Shown in pieces: positions 47,376-58,492 of a DNA stretch of 64,000 nucleotides. A model generated the notes under the pieces. The model was not told the DNA's origin, did no database searches, and saw nothing but the letters and a program-made list of their open reading frames with translations. A program made the translations under genes and the position numbers. Position 1 is the stretch's first letter. The number at the start of each line of letters is the position of its first letter. The DNA comes from Hydrurus foetidus (taxonomy: Eukaryota): contig UYFQ01000858.1 of NCBI GenBank assembly GCA_900617105.1, positions 1 to 64,000 on the forward strand, written 5' to 3'.

Positions 47376-49430
47376 TGTAGTCGCGGCCGGATTCGAGTAC
47401 GAAGAATCCGGGTAAAGACGGTATGCTTTGGTAAACTGTTAGGTTAGTTACAGTTTGTGAAGAAGAGAGCAAACAGCTAACGACAGACACAAACGATAGG
47501 CTACAAGGGTGCTGATGCTGATGAGCGTCCGTTACCGGTGGACAAGTGATGTGGATGAAAATAGACTATGGGTACGTGAATTATATACAACCAACACAGA
47601 CCTGTAAGGTGCGAGTGGTTGAGGGATTCGAAGACTTTGCAGTCTTCGCGGACTTAGCACGTGGTTTGATGGTGTCCTCATCAGGCTCAGCAGCGCGTTT
47701 GGAGATAGGCTTATCTTTAGAACGCGAAGCTGGGCCTGGAGTAACATCAAAACCAGCAGCCCGAAGCTCGTTAGCTGAGTTTCTGAGAGTAGTCAGTTGC
47801 GTCCACCAAACGAATCGAAAGTCTTTCAAATCGTTGATTGGAACAGTCTCACCGTTCACCTTGCGGCGTAAGATGAGCTGCCAATTGACGGGGTGGGTAG
47901 GCAACTGACGCTCTAGAATCTTAACAGCCTTAAGCTGTTCCTCAGCAGTAGTGCTGGGAAAATTTGCTACCAATGCACCCAGGGCAGTATCGTTACAGGA
48001 GTCAGTCTCAATATTGTTCAAATCAAATCTGAAATTGAACGATGAGACTTGCTCGAGGAACGATGCCTGACCCAAAGGTGTACCGATGGACGCATCAGGT
48101 ACTGCCTTGAGGAGTTCTTTGCAGAATCTCTCGGTAGTCCATGACTTCCACTCTTCGCACTCGTCGCGAATTGCTCTCTCAGTGCAATACTGCCTTTGCA
48201 GGAGTGTTACAAGAGATTGCTCGACGTCTAATGGTACCACGTCAAGAAACGTATAAGGGCAACCATTCTTGCGAAGGTCATTGGTGATGCTTAAAACTTC
48301 CAGATGAGTTGGAACCTTGCTGAGCTTTCTAACCTTTTCATGAGGTAGTAGATAGCGAGCAGCAAGGTTTGAAACAACAACATCGTCAGTAACACCACCA
48401 ACGGTAGCAAAAGTTGCAACACTCTGAACATTTCTGTTCATGACATTGCTGTCTGAAGTGAGCAACAAGGAATCGGTTTGCACCGGGTTTGCAGGCAAAA
48501 CTGCGGCAGATAACACAGACAGAGGCAACACATCAGACACAACGACAGGTACAGAAATGACAGTGTCGGTGGTGATGTTGGCGGTGTCGGCGGTGATCGC
48601 GGTGGCGGATATCATCGTGGATGATGATGGTGATGGCGCTGGTGGCGAAAGCGCCGGCTCCAAAAATACTCCATCCACTCGCTGGGGAAGTTGTTGATGT
48701 TCAACAGAGACTTCCCCAGCTTGGGATATCGCTAGATCCGCTGGCAGAGCTCCAGATGGGGCGGAAGATGGCTGCAAAAAATTTTGCAAGGGGTTTCCCC
48801 CTCCCACGCCGGGGGCCAAATTCGAGGAGGGATTAGAGGCGAAAGATAGATGGGCTGCGACGTCAGTCGCAGCAACAGATGGCTCTGGAAGCGAGGGAGG
48901 ATTCGCCGAGTCGGAATCTCCCGTTGTGCTAGCGTCCTGGCTGTTGGCGACGATTTCGTCGACGGCGTCAGTTGATGGCGCTTCCTGAGAAATCGACAGG
49001 GGAGCCGTCGAAACGGCCGATGCCCTGGAAAGTCTTCGTCGGTTGCTGGAAACCATACTGGTGATCAGTGCCAGATGGTCGTCGGATGTCGGCGGTTGAA
49101 AATCTATCTAGCTCTCCAGTAACGAGAGTTCGTCTAACAACTCTCAATATTAATATTGTAGTCGCGGCCGGATTCGAGTACGAAGAATCCGGGTAAAGAC
49201 GGTATGCTTTGGTAAACTGTTAGGTTAGTTACAGTTTGTGAAAGAAGAGAGCAAACAGCTAACGACAGACACAAACGATAGGCTACAAGGGTGCTGATGC
49301 TGATGAGCGTCCGTTACCGGTGGACAAGTGATGTGGATGAAAATAGACTATGGGTACGTGAATTATATACATACGTGAATTATATACAAACGTGTACGAA
49401 GCGTACGGTGAACGTACGTGCTAGGCTACA
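47376..49430 (-). mobile_element. Internally deleted (gag-only) LTR retrotransposon, probably Gypsy-type
   Basis: Full LTR 49157-49430 (TGTAG...CTACA); truncated LTR copy 47376-~47590; 4-bp TSD ACGG at 47372-47375 and 49431-49434. Confidence 0.85.
47581..49056 (-). CDS. Truncated gag-like protein (491 aa)
   Basis: Lies between the LTR copies; low-complexity N-terminus, helical middle, basic linker; ends at VCVGC (apparent first half of a Zn knuckle) with the stop supplied by LTR sequence. Confidence 0.65.
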   Translation of the reverse strand: MVSSNRRRLSRASAVSTAPLSISQEAPSTDAVDEIVANSQDASTTGDSDSANPPSLPEPSVAATDVAAHLSFASNPSSNLAPGVGGGNPLQNFLQPSSAPSGALPADLAISQAGEVSVEHQQLPQRVDGVFLEPALSPPAPSPSSSTMISATAITADTANITTDTVISVPVVVSDVLPLSVLSAAVLPANPVQTDSLLLTSDSNVMNRNVQSVATFATVGGVTDDVVVSNLAARYLLPHEKVRKLSKVPTHLEVLSITNDLRKNGCPYTFLDVVPLDVEQSLVTLLQRQYCTERAIRDECEEWKSWTTERFCKELLKAVPDASIGTPLGQASFLEQVSSFNFRFDLNNIETDSCNDTALGALVANFPSTTAEEQLKAVKILERQLPTHPVNWQLILRRKVNGETVPINDLKDFRFVWWTQLTTLRNSANELRAAGFDVTPGPASRSKDKPISKRAAEPDEDTIKPRAKSAKTAKSSNPSTTRTLQVCVGCI

Positions 49431-49936
49431 ACGGTAAATTATTTCCGGAATATAATCAAGGTGAGAAATTATAGAAGTGTGAAATCGGCAGTAGAATTTT
49501 ATATTACGAGAGAAACGAAGCGGCGACATAAATCCTGCAGGGATGTATCATATAAGAAAAATGGTGAAAATTGCGACTAGTTAGTTTCGAAAAAAAAAGT
49601 TTGAGAAGATCGATGGTTGACCTCCTGCGCTTCACAGATAAAAATTAACAATTTCTCGTCAAATCAACTTTGCAATCGTATTCCGTTCAGTACTGAAGTG
49701 CTTTTTACACTAAATCAGTGTGGAGCCATGTCGTACCTCAAACGATATCTTTCCCAACACAGCTGATTTCAATCTATAGAATTGACCCTCAGTCAAGGCA
49801 TGGACAGGCTGATGGCCACTAATTAAGCTCCAGCAGCACACATCATCTCATTCTGAACACGAACTCAAGCACACAGTCATAATCCCGTCAGACAAACCTC
49901 AGACCGGACCCTTTTACCTGAATTTGAATTTGAATA

Positions 49937-52900
49937 CCGTCGAGTGCCATATGTTTTGTAAAAAAAGCACGTATTACGGTACTTTACCGTCCACAAGGTC
50001 ATTTTGAGGCAGCCAACATATTATTCCACAGCTTAGTCAATTTGACAGCTCTACTAAAGCTTCCAAGTGATTCGAGTTCAGCGTAGATTAGTCTAACGGG
50101 CGATCCAAAATTTTGCGGAAACTGAGGAGTGCTGCATCCGCTGTGTTGGGACAAAGTTACTGAGGAGATTCACAACCATCGACTTCACGGGCAACTATCG
50201 CAGCTACGCAATCCTTCGTTGCATTTCAGCAGTTCTGGATCCATTTATAACAGTGACAAGTCTTGGGCACGACGAAGAAGTCTGAAAACCAACGGTGACT
50301 TCAGAATGTTTCAGAGAAAAATCGTTTTGGGGACGAAAACAGCACCAAAAATATGATATAATAGTCGACTAATGTGCGTGCATGGTGTCAGTTGCTCTGG
50401 CTTCACACACACTAGATGCCAACAATGTCAACATTCAATGGTCAGCTGGTCAGTTAAGTGTTGCACTGAACATGCTATCAGCCTTCAGCGCGAGTCCAAT
50501 TTTTTTTATATTGACCCCGTTGCTTTGATGCATGGATTTCTGCTATTTTGTCGAGACTTGGCAAGGAGAGGGATTTTCGTTATTGACGCGTATCGAGCAG
50601 ACAAAGCTGTCCCTATATTTCATTATCTCATGCACTCCAGAACTAGTTTGGACATCAAATTGTCCTCGTACTTTACGCCTTCTATATCTGAGGAAGATTT
50701 ATTGAGCACTATCATTTCAGTACGCAATGAATTACTAAAGAGGAACAAATTTGAAGTTTCACCTTATTCTTCTCCATCGCTAGTCTTTGGAGCGATACAG
50801 CTCTCGATGCTACGGAACCAGACTACGACTGTGGATGTTGAGACGAACACGGTAGAGAGAACACCAGCTAAATTGAGGAGATCACCATCAGATTTAACCG
50901 ATCGTTCAATCAAGAATGTCACTTCAAAGGTGATAACTTCTATAGATGGAGTTGTTGGAGAGAAAAACAGTTTGTACTTCTTGAAGTCAGCTGTGAAAAT
51001 ATTAGATTATAGAAAAAGGAAGCATGCAGTGTTACTGGAAGATGAGCAAGATCACAGAGGTAAAGAGGACGACGAAGATAGTGATTCACAAGAATGCGAT
51101 GAATATGAAGCATATATGAGTGATGAGCGATTAAGAACTGCACTTGATAAAATACCATAAAAAGATATAGTGTATAGTTCGGATGATATGGGGAATATTC
51201 TAGAATTATTCGAAGTCGTTAAAATGATGGTATCAGAAAGAAACGCAAGTCGCATCAACATGAAAGCATCATCATTGACTGTAGACATACTTGATACGAA
51301 TTCTTACTACTCGCAACTTAAGGCAAGGACATCATTAAGATGGTACGAAATGAAAGATAAAGAGTCGGAAAAACTAGGAAGAAAAATAAACGACAATTTC
51401 GAATCAGAAGTATGGGGAAAATTGATGCTCTGCATATTTGGGAAAAATATTGAAGATGTGAGTGCTGTTGCATATATCATTACAAAGTTTTATTATCTTC
51501 TGCTTGGATGTATATCTAATAATATGAAATCTAACATGTTGTACGTACGTTCATTTTTGATGATAGGACGGAGAGAAAGTTGTTCGAGTAATAGTAAACG
51601 TTACGTACTCTTACGCCATAATAGTCTCCGCTGCAACTGCTGTAAAGGAAACGGAAGCATGGAGCAATAATGTAAAAATGAAAACTATGAAATTATCTAA
51701 TAAATGGGTAAAAGCATTTTTGAAGAGAGGGGACTTATCGAGGCGAAAAATAACTCGTGATAACCGACGATGATGTTGTTGCAAATACACTTAAAATAGG
51801 TCAAGACTTGTATGTTCGCAATCAACACAATCCACGAACCTGTTACAATTTTGATGAAATAGCCCTCACATGGGCTATAGGTCCATCATACATGTACTGT
51901 CCTGGAAATCAACAAAGAGCAAGCAATATTGGAATTTCAAATTCAAAATTAAGAATAACAGCTGTCATTGCAGTCAAGGCAGTTGGAGAATTCGCTCCTC
52001 TAATGATAATAATTAAACATAGCTTAAGTTCAGAAAAAAGACAAGATCAAACTGGTATGACTGTAGTCAGAGAGTTGTTTAAGAAGCCTGGATTCACAGC
52101 TGCAGATGGATGGAGCTAAAAATTTGGCAAAAAGAATTGACATTCAATAATAGCAAAGATGTACATAAAATTATATCCATAATGAAACTGGACATGTCAT
52201 AACAAGCCAAGTGAAGGCCAAGTGAAGGATGGTTCTTTGGTTCGAAATAGTGATGCAACCTATAAAAAGTTGCTTCTATGGTGTGATAATTGCGGGAGCC
52301 ACAAAACATCTTGTGTGCGAGATATAATCGAGGAAGTGTGTATAGATCTGGCATTTATACCTCCAAATATGACATCAGAATTGCAGGTCCTAAATCTGGT
52401 TGTCAATGTACCCCTTAAAGCCCATATAAGAACGAAAAGAGCGAATAGACTATATAATGCATTTCAAACGTACAAGGAGGCAAGAGTCGAAAATAGCAAA
52501 TTAGAAAAATCGCTGCGTCAAAATTTAGACTTCGATCCTCCAAGACCAACAATGACAGAGGGAATATTAGACTTAATTCTTCTATTCAAAGAACAATATA
52601 ATGAAGCAAAGTTTCAATCGTGCATCAATAGAACATTTATAAAAACTGGGACATTACCAGTCGCGGACCCTGGACCTATCACTTTCATGAATTCTTGTTT
52701 CTTACCACCCCTTTGGGACCCTCAGCAATCCTCAAAAACTGAATTGTTATAAACGACAAAACAGAGCTTAAACAGCATCGACATGAGTAATATCTCTCGC
52801 ACGCTACAAGTGGACCTAGTAGCTGGAATACAAGACGACTAACGTCAAATGTAAATCAGCCAACTCTATAAAAATGAATTTCTGCGTGGTACAATGTTGT

Positions 52901-54082
52901 ACCTGAAGGCACTATGGATGAAGAACAGGAAAAAGCTATATGCCAACTCCAGAACCCAAATAATAGTTCTGAGTTAATGCTCAAATGTATTTAGTGACAA
53001 ACGAGTTCTGAAATTAATGACTCAAATGAAGTGATGATGAGGCAATGTAATGCAAGCATTCAAACGAAAATTTCAATTCAAATGAAACACTACTATGTCC
53101 TTAGATTTTAATTGCTACAATGTCCTTCGATTGTAAAAGATCAATGATCTTTTTACACCAAATTTCCGATTTATTTGAATGCAATATTATTTCAATTTTG
53201 TATCCTTCAGCTCTATGATTTAAATCTTCGGACAGGGCGCAAGTAAACTTATAATCTAAATTGTGAATAGCATAGTCTCAGTGGTCACTGACATTATCAT
53301 CCATGAACTCAGTCAATATGGCAGCCTCCTCTTTAGCTACATTTCCTATAGCTCCGCACATGTTGGCAGTCATTCCAATCCTTCCGATGAATCGACAGTT
53401 ACCGGTGGCAACATAATTTGGACACAGTTTGAGCCTGTCAGTAGTGTACAGAAATGAAATTGAATTTACGAGGTCAGTGTCACTAATGTCACTTGTCTAG
53501 GCAAAGAATATAAGCATCCAATAAATTCGACATTTTGCATCGGAAGTCAATCAATGGACCCCTATTAACGCGCATCGAATTCGTTTTCCGGAAAGCGGTT
53601 CAACTCGCAGGCTGAATCTTTCTTGACTTTCAGGCTCCGGCGCAATGCAAATGCGCCTTTTCCCCTTGATCGGACCGCTCTCATCCTAAAAGTGATGTCT
53701 TTGAAAATTTGGTCCGTTAGTTTCCAGACGATGTTGATCCATCGCAATGAAAACTCAGTTTCTGATTGTGCCCATCAATGCGTCCGCTAAAATATGAGAA
53801 TTGGCTCTCTGCCAAACAAATCGACGGTAATCCCACGATACCGCGGCTGGCGGTCAATCCATATTATTCAAAATCAACAGACGAAACGATAGTGGAGATC
53901 GTCAAGATTACCTGTGAAGAAGCTGGAGGCAATTTGGTTCTGTCTTGCGATTGCTATGTGACGGGGATTAAGGATGATGCGTAAACGATAGTTATCTGTC
54001 GGAGTTGCTCTCAACATGACGTAATACCATATTTTCACAACACACCACTCATACGAAATACAAAACATGTGGCACTCGACGG
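49937..54082 (+). mobile_element. Tc1/mariner-superfamily (pogo-like) DNA transposon, decayed
   Basis: 24-bp TIRs ccgtcgagtgccatatgttttgta / tacaaaacatgtggcactcgacgg (1 mismatch); TA at both flanks (49935-49936, 54083-54084). Confidence 0.92.
50129..52752 (+). pseudogene. Pogo-like DDE transposase pseudogene with long N-terminal extension
   Basis: ORFs at 50129, 50372 and 51170 share one frame, broken by single stops; CENP-B-type HTH LSNKWVKAFLKRGDLSRRKIT; YNFDE, WCDNCGSH, IPPNMTSELQVLN (35-residue spacing, third D replaced by N); frameshifts. Confidence 0.85.
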
Positions 54083-54350
54083 TACGCGATACGAATATTG
54101 CTGAAATATCTTCGAATTTCAGAATCTATTTACATTCGGTTAGCAATCAATCGGCTTGGGCGCATGATCGATCGTGTCACCCCTCTACTCTCTGACGCTT
54201 CAGCGGACCATGGACAGATCATGGACCGTACGCACTGTAACCATATAACCAAACGGGTGGCTTCACATCTTTCATACCCAAACCTCAAACCTCATGTTCT
54301 CAAACCAAATCAAGCTCACAACTGTTGACAGTCCCTCATAGCAAAATGAA

Positions 54351-57300
54351 ATGATCCTTCTTTCAGCTCTCTTTATGCTGCTGGGAGGAGATGGAATCAA
54401 TCATCTCTTCCCGAGGGGGCGGCTTCGAACTCATATTTCATCTCCTATTGAAGCAAACTTACCGGAGGCAACTGGAAGGTTGGAGCGAGTTGAAGTTGGG
54501 ATCAACGGTGCACCGCTTCAGTCCGCCACAAAAGGCGCCCGACTTGGTGCTAACTTAGGCTATTTCTATCTGCAGAAGGAGCTAAAACTGTCTGAGCACC
54601 ATATGGTGAAGATAATGGAGAAGTATCCTTGGATAATGTATCTGAAAGTTGACACAAACCTCCGTCCAACAGTGGAGGTGCTAAAATCATTTGGTTTTCG
54701 CGACAAAGATGTTAGATCCATGCTAGAGACAGTTCCCCCGATACTGGGCATTAATCACGAATGGACTCTCCCGGAGAAACTTATCTCGATTCAGAAAATG
54801 TTTAACTTGAACAGGGCAGGCTTGGTGAAGCTAGTCGTTCATCAACCATTTCTTCTCACCTGCTCTATCGACCGTAACATTAGAGTCAGTGAATTTCTTA
54901 GTGAGGTTGTGGGTCTTAGCCCTGAAGGCATTCGAAATTGTTTGCTATGCTGTCCAGAGGTAGCTATGAGCGGCATCACAAAAATGTCAGCATGCTGGTC
55001 TGTGCTCACAGATATTTATGGGTTGTCTGATAAACAAGCAAGGGCATTGGTAATATACTACCCCATAGTGCTCACTCATCGCACTTTGAAGACGATCCAG
55101 GATAAAGTTTCTTTTTTCTCGGAAGAGTTGAATATGAGTCCACCATTTCGGGAAGTGCAAAAAGTCATCATGCGCTACCCTCAACTGCTCTGCATTGATC
55201 CTAACGTCTTCATGAGACCTAATGTGGCCTTGTTGAAGATATACTTGGATATTGACCGGGATGGGATTTCGAAGTTGATTTCTTTTTTCCCTTCCGCACT
55301 GGGGTACAATCCTCGGACACTCGAGAAGTCTTTACGAAAATCACTCTTCATGCTCACTGGTCTCGATGAGTACAACACTGTGAGAGGAAACGCCCAAGAA
55401 GTTGATGACGATGATGATGACTTGCGCATATTTGAGGGGGAGGAGCAGGATGTGAGTCACTTAGGACATCTGGACCTCAGACGCGGCCCTCTGTCAGAAG
55501 AAGAATTAGAAACCATCGAGAGTGTAGCTACGAATATTCTAGATGTCAAAGATGGTGACATACTATCCCTACATATTCTTCCGTCTTCCATGGATCCCTT
55601 TCGATTTATGAGTCCTGTTGAAAATGATGTTGAGGAACCCCACCTTGTCATCTCCAACTCCTACAAAGAAGGTCTCGCACAAGTTCAACTCGCCACTGGA
55701 CTGGATGACGTGAACACTTACACCGATGATGAAAATCAGTTGGATGAATATGATGACGAAGATGACGTAATAGAGATGCAAGACAATATGTATGGGAACA
55801 GTGTTAGCTACGAGAAGGCGAGTAGACGGGAAGACAGAGAGGAATACCAAGACCAATCTGTATCACCCCCTCATCCTGTCGGCGTAGACGTTCTCGCAGA
55901 TATAGTCGATAGAAAAAAATCAAGATATGACAGAAACAATGCATTTCACGCAGCCAGCATAGCAGACGTCATACAAGCAGCTGTGTCAGTGACGGTTTCC
56001 AGTAGTGCTGTAAGTACGGGTGGTGCTGTAAGTACGGACGCGCACATACACGCACCTATCAGTAGTGGTGTAGATGCAAGCAAAGGTCTGGAGTTTGATT
56101 CCATCACATCTGAGGATGTGAATGTGACCGAGATGGAGGGGAGAACTCCGGATTGTGTGCATCACATAGATGCGTCATCCGCTCCTCTTACCTCACACAC
56201 AGGTGCGGTACATGAGTTAGAAGCCACGAGGCTGATGATGCTTGTGTACAGCACATTGAACATCGATAAAACAAGAGCTATTAATGTTGTGAAGTGCGCC
56301 CCCTGGGTATTGTCCTATCGACCAGAGAGAAGTCTCAGGACTCTATCTACTATAGGATTTAGTCTGGGAATGAGTCGCACAGAGCTCAGTCGACTAGTGC
56401 GATCCTATCCCAGAGTACTGTCTCTCAGTGTGGATGGGAAGATCAGTGAAGTCTTGACGGCACTAGGAAATACAGCGGAGACCTGTCTGTCACTACAAGA
56501 TAGTGAGGAGTACATGACCAGATCTTCTTTGTTCAAGGTGAGGAAGGGAGTCCCTCAGAACGCGGAGGAGTCAGACGGGGATGCGGAGAGTGAGTTAGTG
56601 CAGGTCATTCTGAACCTTTGCGAGACAGCTTCAACTTCAACTTCAACTTCAACTATAGTGAACTCAAATATGTCCGACTCTTTCCCATCTTCATTTGATA
56701 TGAGTGAGGATGATGGTGGACGAGGTACTGCCAAAGGAGACACTGAAAGAGGTAGTGTAGGAGGTGGCGGTGTCTCTCCATTTGATGTGGACGTGGATGC
56801 AGTTGAGAAAAGCACACAGACGATGCCAGATGGAGCAATAATGGAACAGGAGAATGGCAGTGAGGATCTTATTACATCCCAGGAGATGGGCGTGGCGTGC
56901 AGCAGCATCGCTCTTAGTAGGAGGAGGGATCCCGTACGAACCATGGTGCGTACAGCTATCCTAAAATGGCCTTTACTGCTTGGCACAAGTATGGGTAAGA
57001 TTAATACGGGTATAGAGGAGTTGTTAGCACTGCAGATACCTTTCGATCAGCTCATACAGATTGTGAGGAGAAATCCTAAGACCCAGTCTAAATGGAAAAA
57101 CAAAGTGCTGTGTCTTGTGGAAGAGGCAAAGAGGAAGAGAGCGATGAGACTGAAGAAAGAGGAAGAGAAAAGAAGTAGAGACGAAGACTCCAGCAGAACA
57201 TACTACGAACATGAGATATATATTGGTGACGTTGTGGATGAGCCCTACATGGACTGTGAAAACGAAATGGAAGTATTAATACTCAGGGAAGAAGAAAAGA

Positions 57301-57578
57301 AAAAAGTGAAATTAGAAAAAACAAAAAGAAAAGTAGCCCTCATCAAAAAAATTAAAAAAGTTTTGTTGCCTGAGATAGAACGCAGTGGAATTCACTTACC
57401 CATGAATAGAGCTCTTCCAGGACCCAGAAAAAGTCCTAATATAGCGGAAAAATTGGATGATTTTAATTCAGTGATTGACACTCTGAGCATTGATGTGGAT
57501 TCTAATCGAAATGTGAAAAAAAAGAAAGTGTTAAATAAAGTGCCAAAAAAATCGAAATCTAACCCTATGGCAGAATGA
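54351..57578 (+). CDS. mTERF-repeat protein (1075 aa), probably organelle-targeted
   Basis: Repeated mTERF-type units (IMEKYPWIMYLKVDTNLRPTVEVLKSFGF, LVVHQPFLLTCSIDRNI, VIMRYPQLLCIDPNVFMRP, LVRSYPRVLSLSVDGKI); hydrophobic N-terminus; single exon. Confidence 0.88.
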   Translation: MILLSALFMLLGGDGINHLFPRGRLRTHISSPIEANLPEATGRLERVEVGINGAPLQSATKGARLGANLGYFYLQKELKLSEHHMVKIMEKYPWIMYLKVDTNLRPTVEVLKSFGFRDKDVRSMLETVPPILGINHEWTLPEKLISIQKMFNLNRAGLVKLVVHQPFLLTCSIDRNIRVSEFLSEVVGLSPEGIRNCLLCCPEVAMSGITKMSACWSVLTDIYGLSDKQARALVIYYPIVLTHRTLKTIQDKVSFFSEELNMSPPFREVQKVIMRYPQLLCIDPNVFMRPNVALLKIYLDIDRDGISKLISFFPSALGYNPRTLEKSLRKSLFMLTGLDEYNTVRGNAQEVDDDDDDLRIFEGEEQDVSHLGHLDLRRGPLSEEELETIESVATNILDVKDGDILSLHILPSSMDPFRFMSPVENDVEEPHLVISNSYKEGLAQVQLATGLDDVNTYTDDENQLDEYDDEDDVIEMQDNMYGNSVSYEKASRREDREEYQDQSVSPPHPVGVDVLADIVDRKKSRYDRNNAFHAASIADVIQAAVSVTVSSSAVSTGGAVSTDAHIHAPISSGVDASKGLEFDSITSEDVNVTEMEGRTPDCVHHIDASSAPLTSHTGAVHELEATRLMMLVYSTLNIDKTRAINVVKCAPWVLSYRPERSLRTLSTIGFSLGMSRTELSRLVRSYPRVLSLSVDGKISEVLTALGNTAETCLSLQDSEEYMTRSSLFKVRKGVPQNAEESDGDAESELVQVILNLCETASTSTSTSTIVNSNMSDSFPSSFDMSEDDGGRGTAKGDTERGSVGGGGVSPFDVDVDAVEKSTQTMPDGAIMEQENGSEDLITSQEMGVACSSIALSRRRDPVRTMVRTAILKWPLLLGTSMGKINTGIEELLALQIPFDQLIQIVRRNPKTQSKWKNKVLCLVEEAKRKRAMRLKKEEEKRSRDEDSSRTYYEHEIYIGDVVDEPYMDCENEMEVLILREEEKKKVKLEKTKRKVALIKKIKKVLLPEIERSGIHLPMNRALPGPRKSPNIAEKLDDFNSVIDTLSIDVDSNRNVKKKKVLNKVPKKSKSNPMAE

Positions 57579-57660
57579 AAATCTTGGCAATTTTTCTATC
57601 TAATTATATGTTCTGTATAGTGCATTGTAAATACTATTAATAATGTCACTATAAATTATT

Positions 57661-58395
57661 TTATCTCTCATTGAATTTCATTATCACATGGACTTTTTTA
57701 TTTTGCAAAGTTTTCTTATCAAAGAAATTTCCATGCTTCTGCAAGAGGGTTTCCAGCATGCCAACCACACATTCTGTAAAATATCCTGAACTATTTGATC
57801 CAAGCAAAATGAGACAACATCGTGACGTTGCTGGTTTGATGAGGGATCGAGACAAGAACGTGTCTAAGATGTTTTCTATAATTGACTGAGGGGTGGTTAA
57901 GCTTGAACAAGGGTTGGTGTACGTGTACGTGTACGTTGCGGCACCAGATAGTAGATAGTTGATGGTGGTTGCAATATACAGTATAAGCGATTCACAATCA
58001 CTAGAGTATGCGGACTGCACTCACCACAAAGCTGCAGCACGCATGGTGATAAATTGATTTTGCGATACGATAAATGACAAACGGTTTTGCACACTCGCTA
58101 CAGGTATCAGATCTGGGATCTCTAGAGTCAGTCGAGAAAGTTGAGCGCAGAAAATGGCCCTTAAGGGACACATCGCACACAAACTGTACAGCATGTATAC
58201 GTCCACATCAGTGCATGGCTGTGTTTGGCTGAGAAGGCGCTGCATTGCTTGTGATATGTTTGCAAGTCGAAATGCTCGTAAAACTGTGCCAATAAATTGT
58301 GCATGAGTATGCTAGGCCGACACTCCCAGTGATGGCGCTGTAGCTAAACGTGTCAGCGATAGTATGATCGTGTCAGAGTTATTTACCACCTGCGA
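57661..58395 (-). pseudogene. Possible decayed gene fragment
   Basis: One frame runs ~245 codons with only two in-frame stops (TAG 58312-58314, TGA 58021-58023); protein-like composition, family not recognised. Confidence 0.3.
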
Positions 58396-58492
58396 AGTTA
58401 TTTACGGAGACCTCCACTGTATAATCCGGTGCTTTATCCTCCGAACGATTCATGACCTATTTTGATAAAGTATTAATTAATTTAGTATGATA

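Larger units (their letters stand above)
47114..49447. mobile_element. MULE-like MITE (~275 bp) with internal telomere-like repeats, interrupted by an LTR element
   Basis: 9-bp direct repeat GAATATAAT at 47105-47113 and 49448-49456; imperfect TIRs sharing gtgtactgaat at equal distance from both ends once the LTR insert is removed; 21-bp tandem repeats at 47130-47202. Confidence 0.7.
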
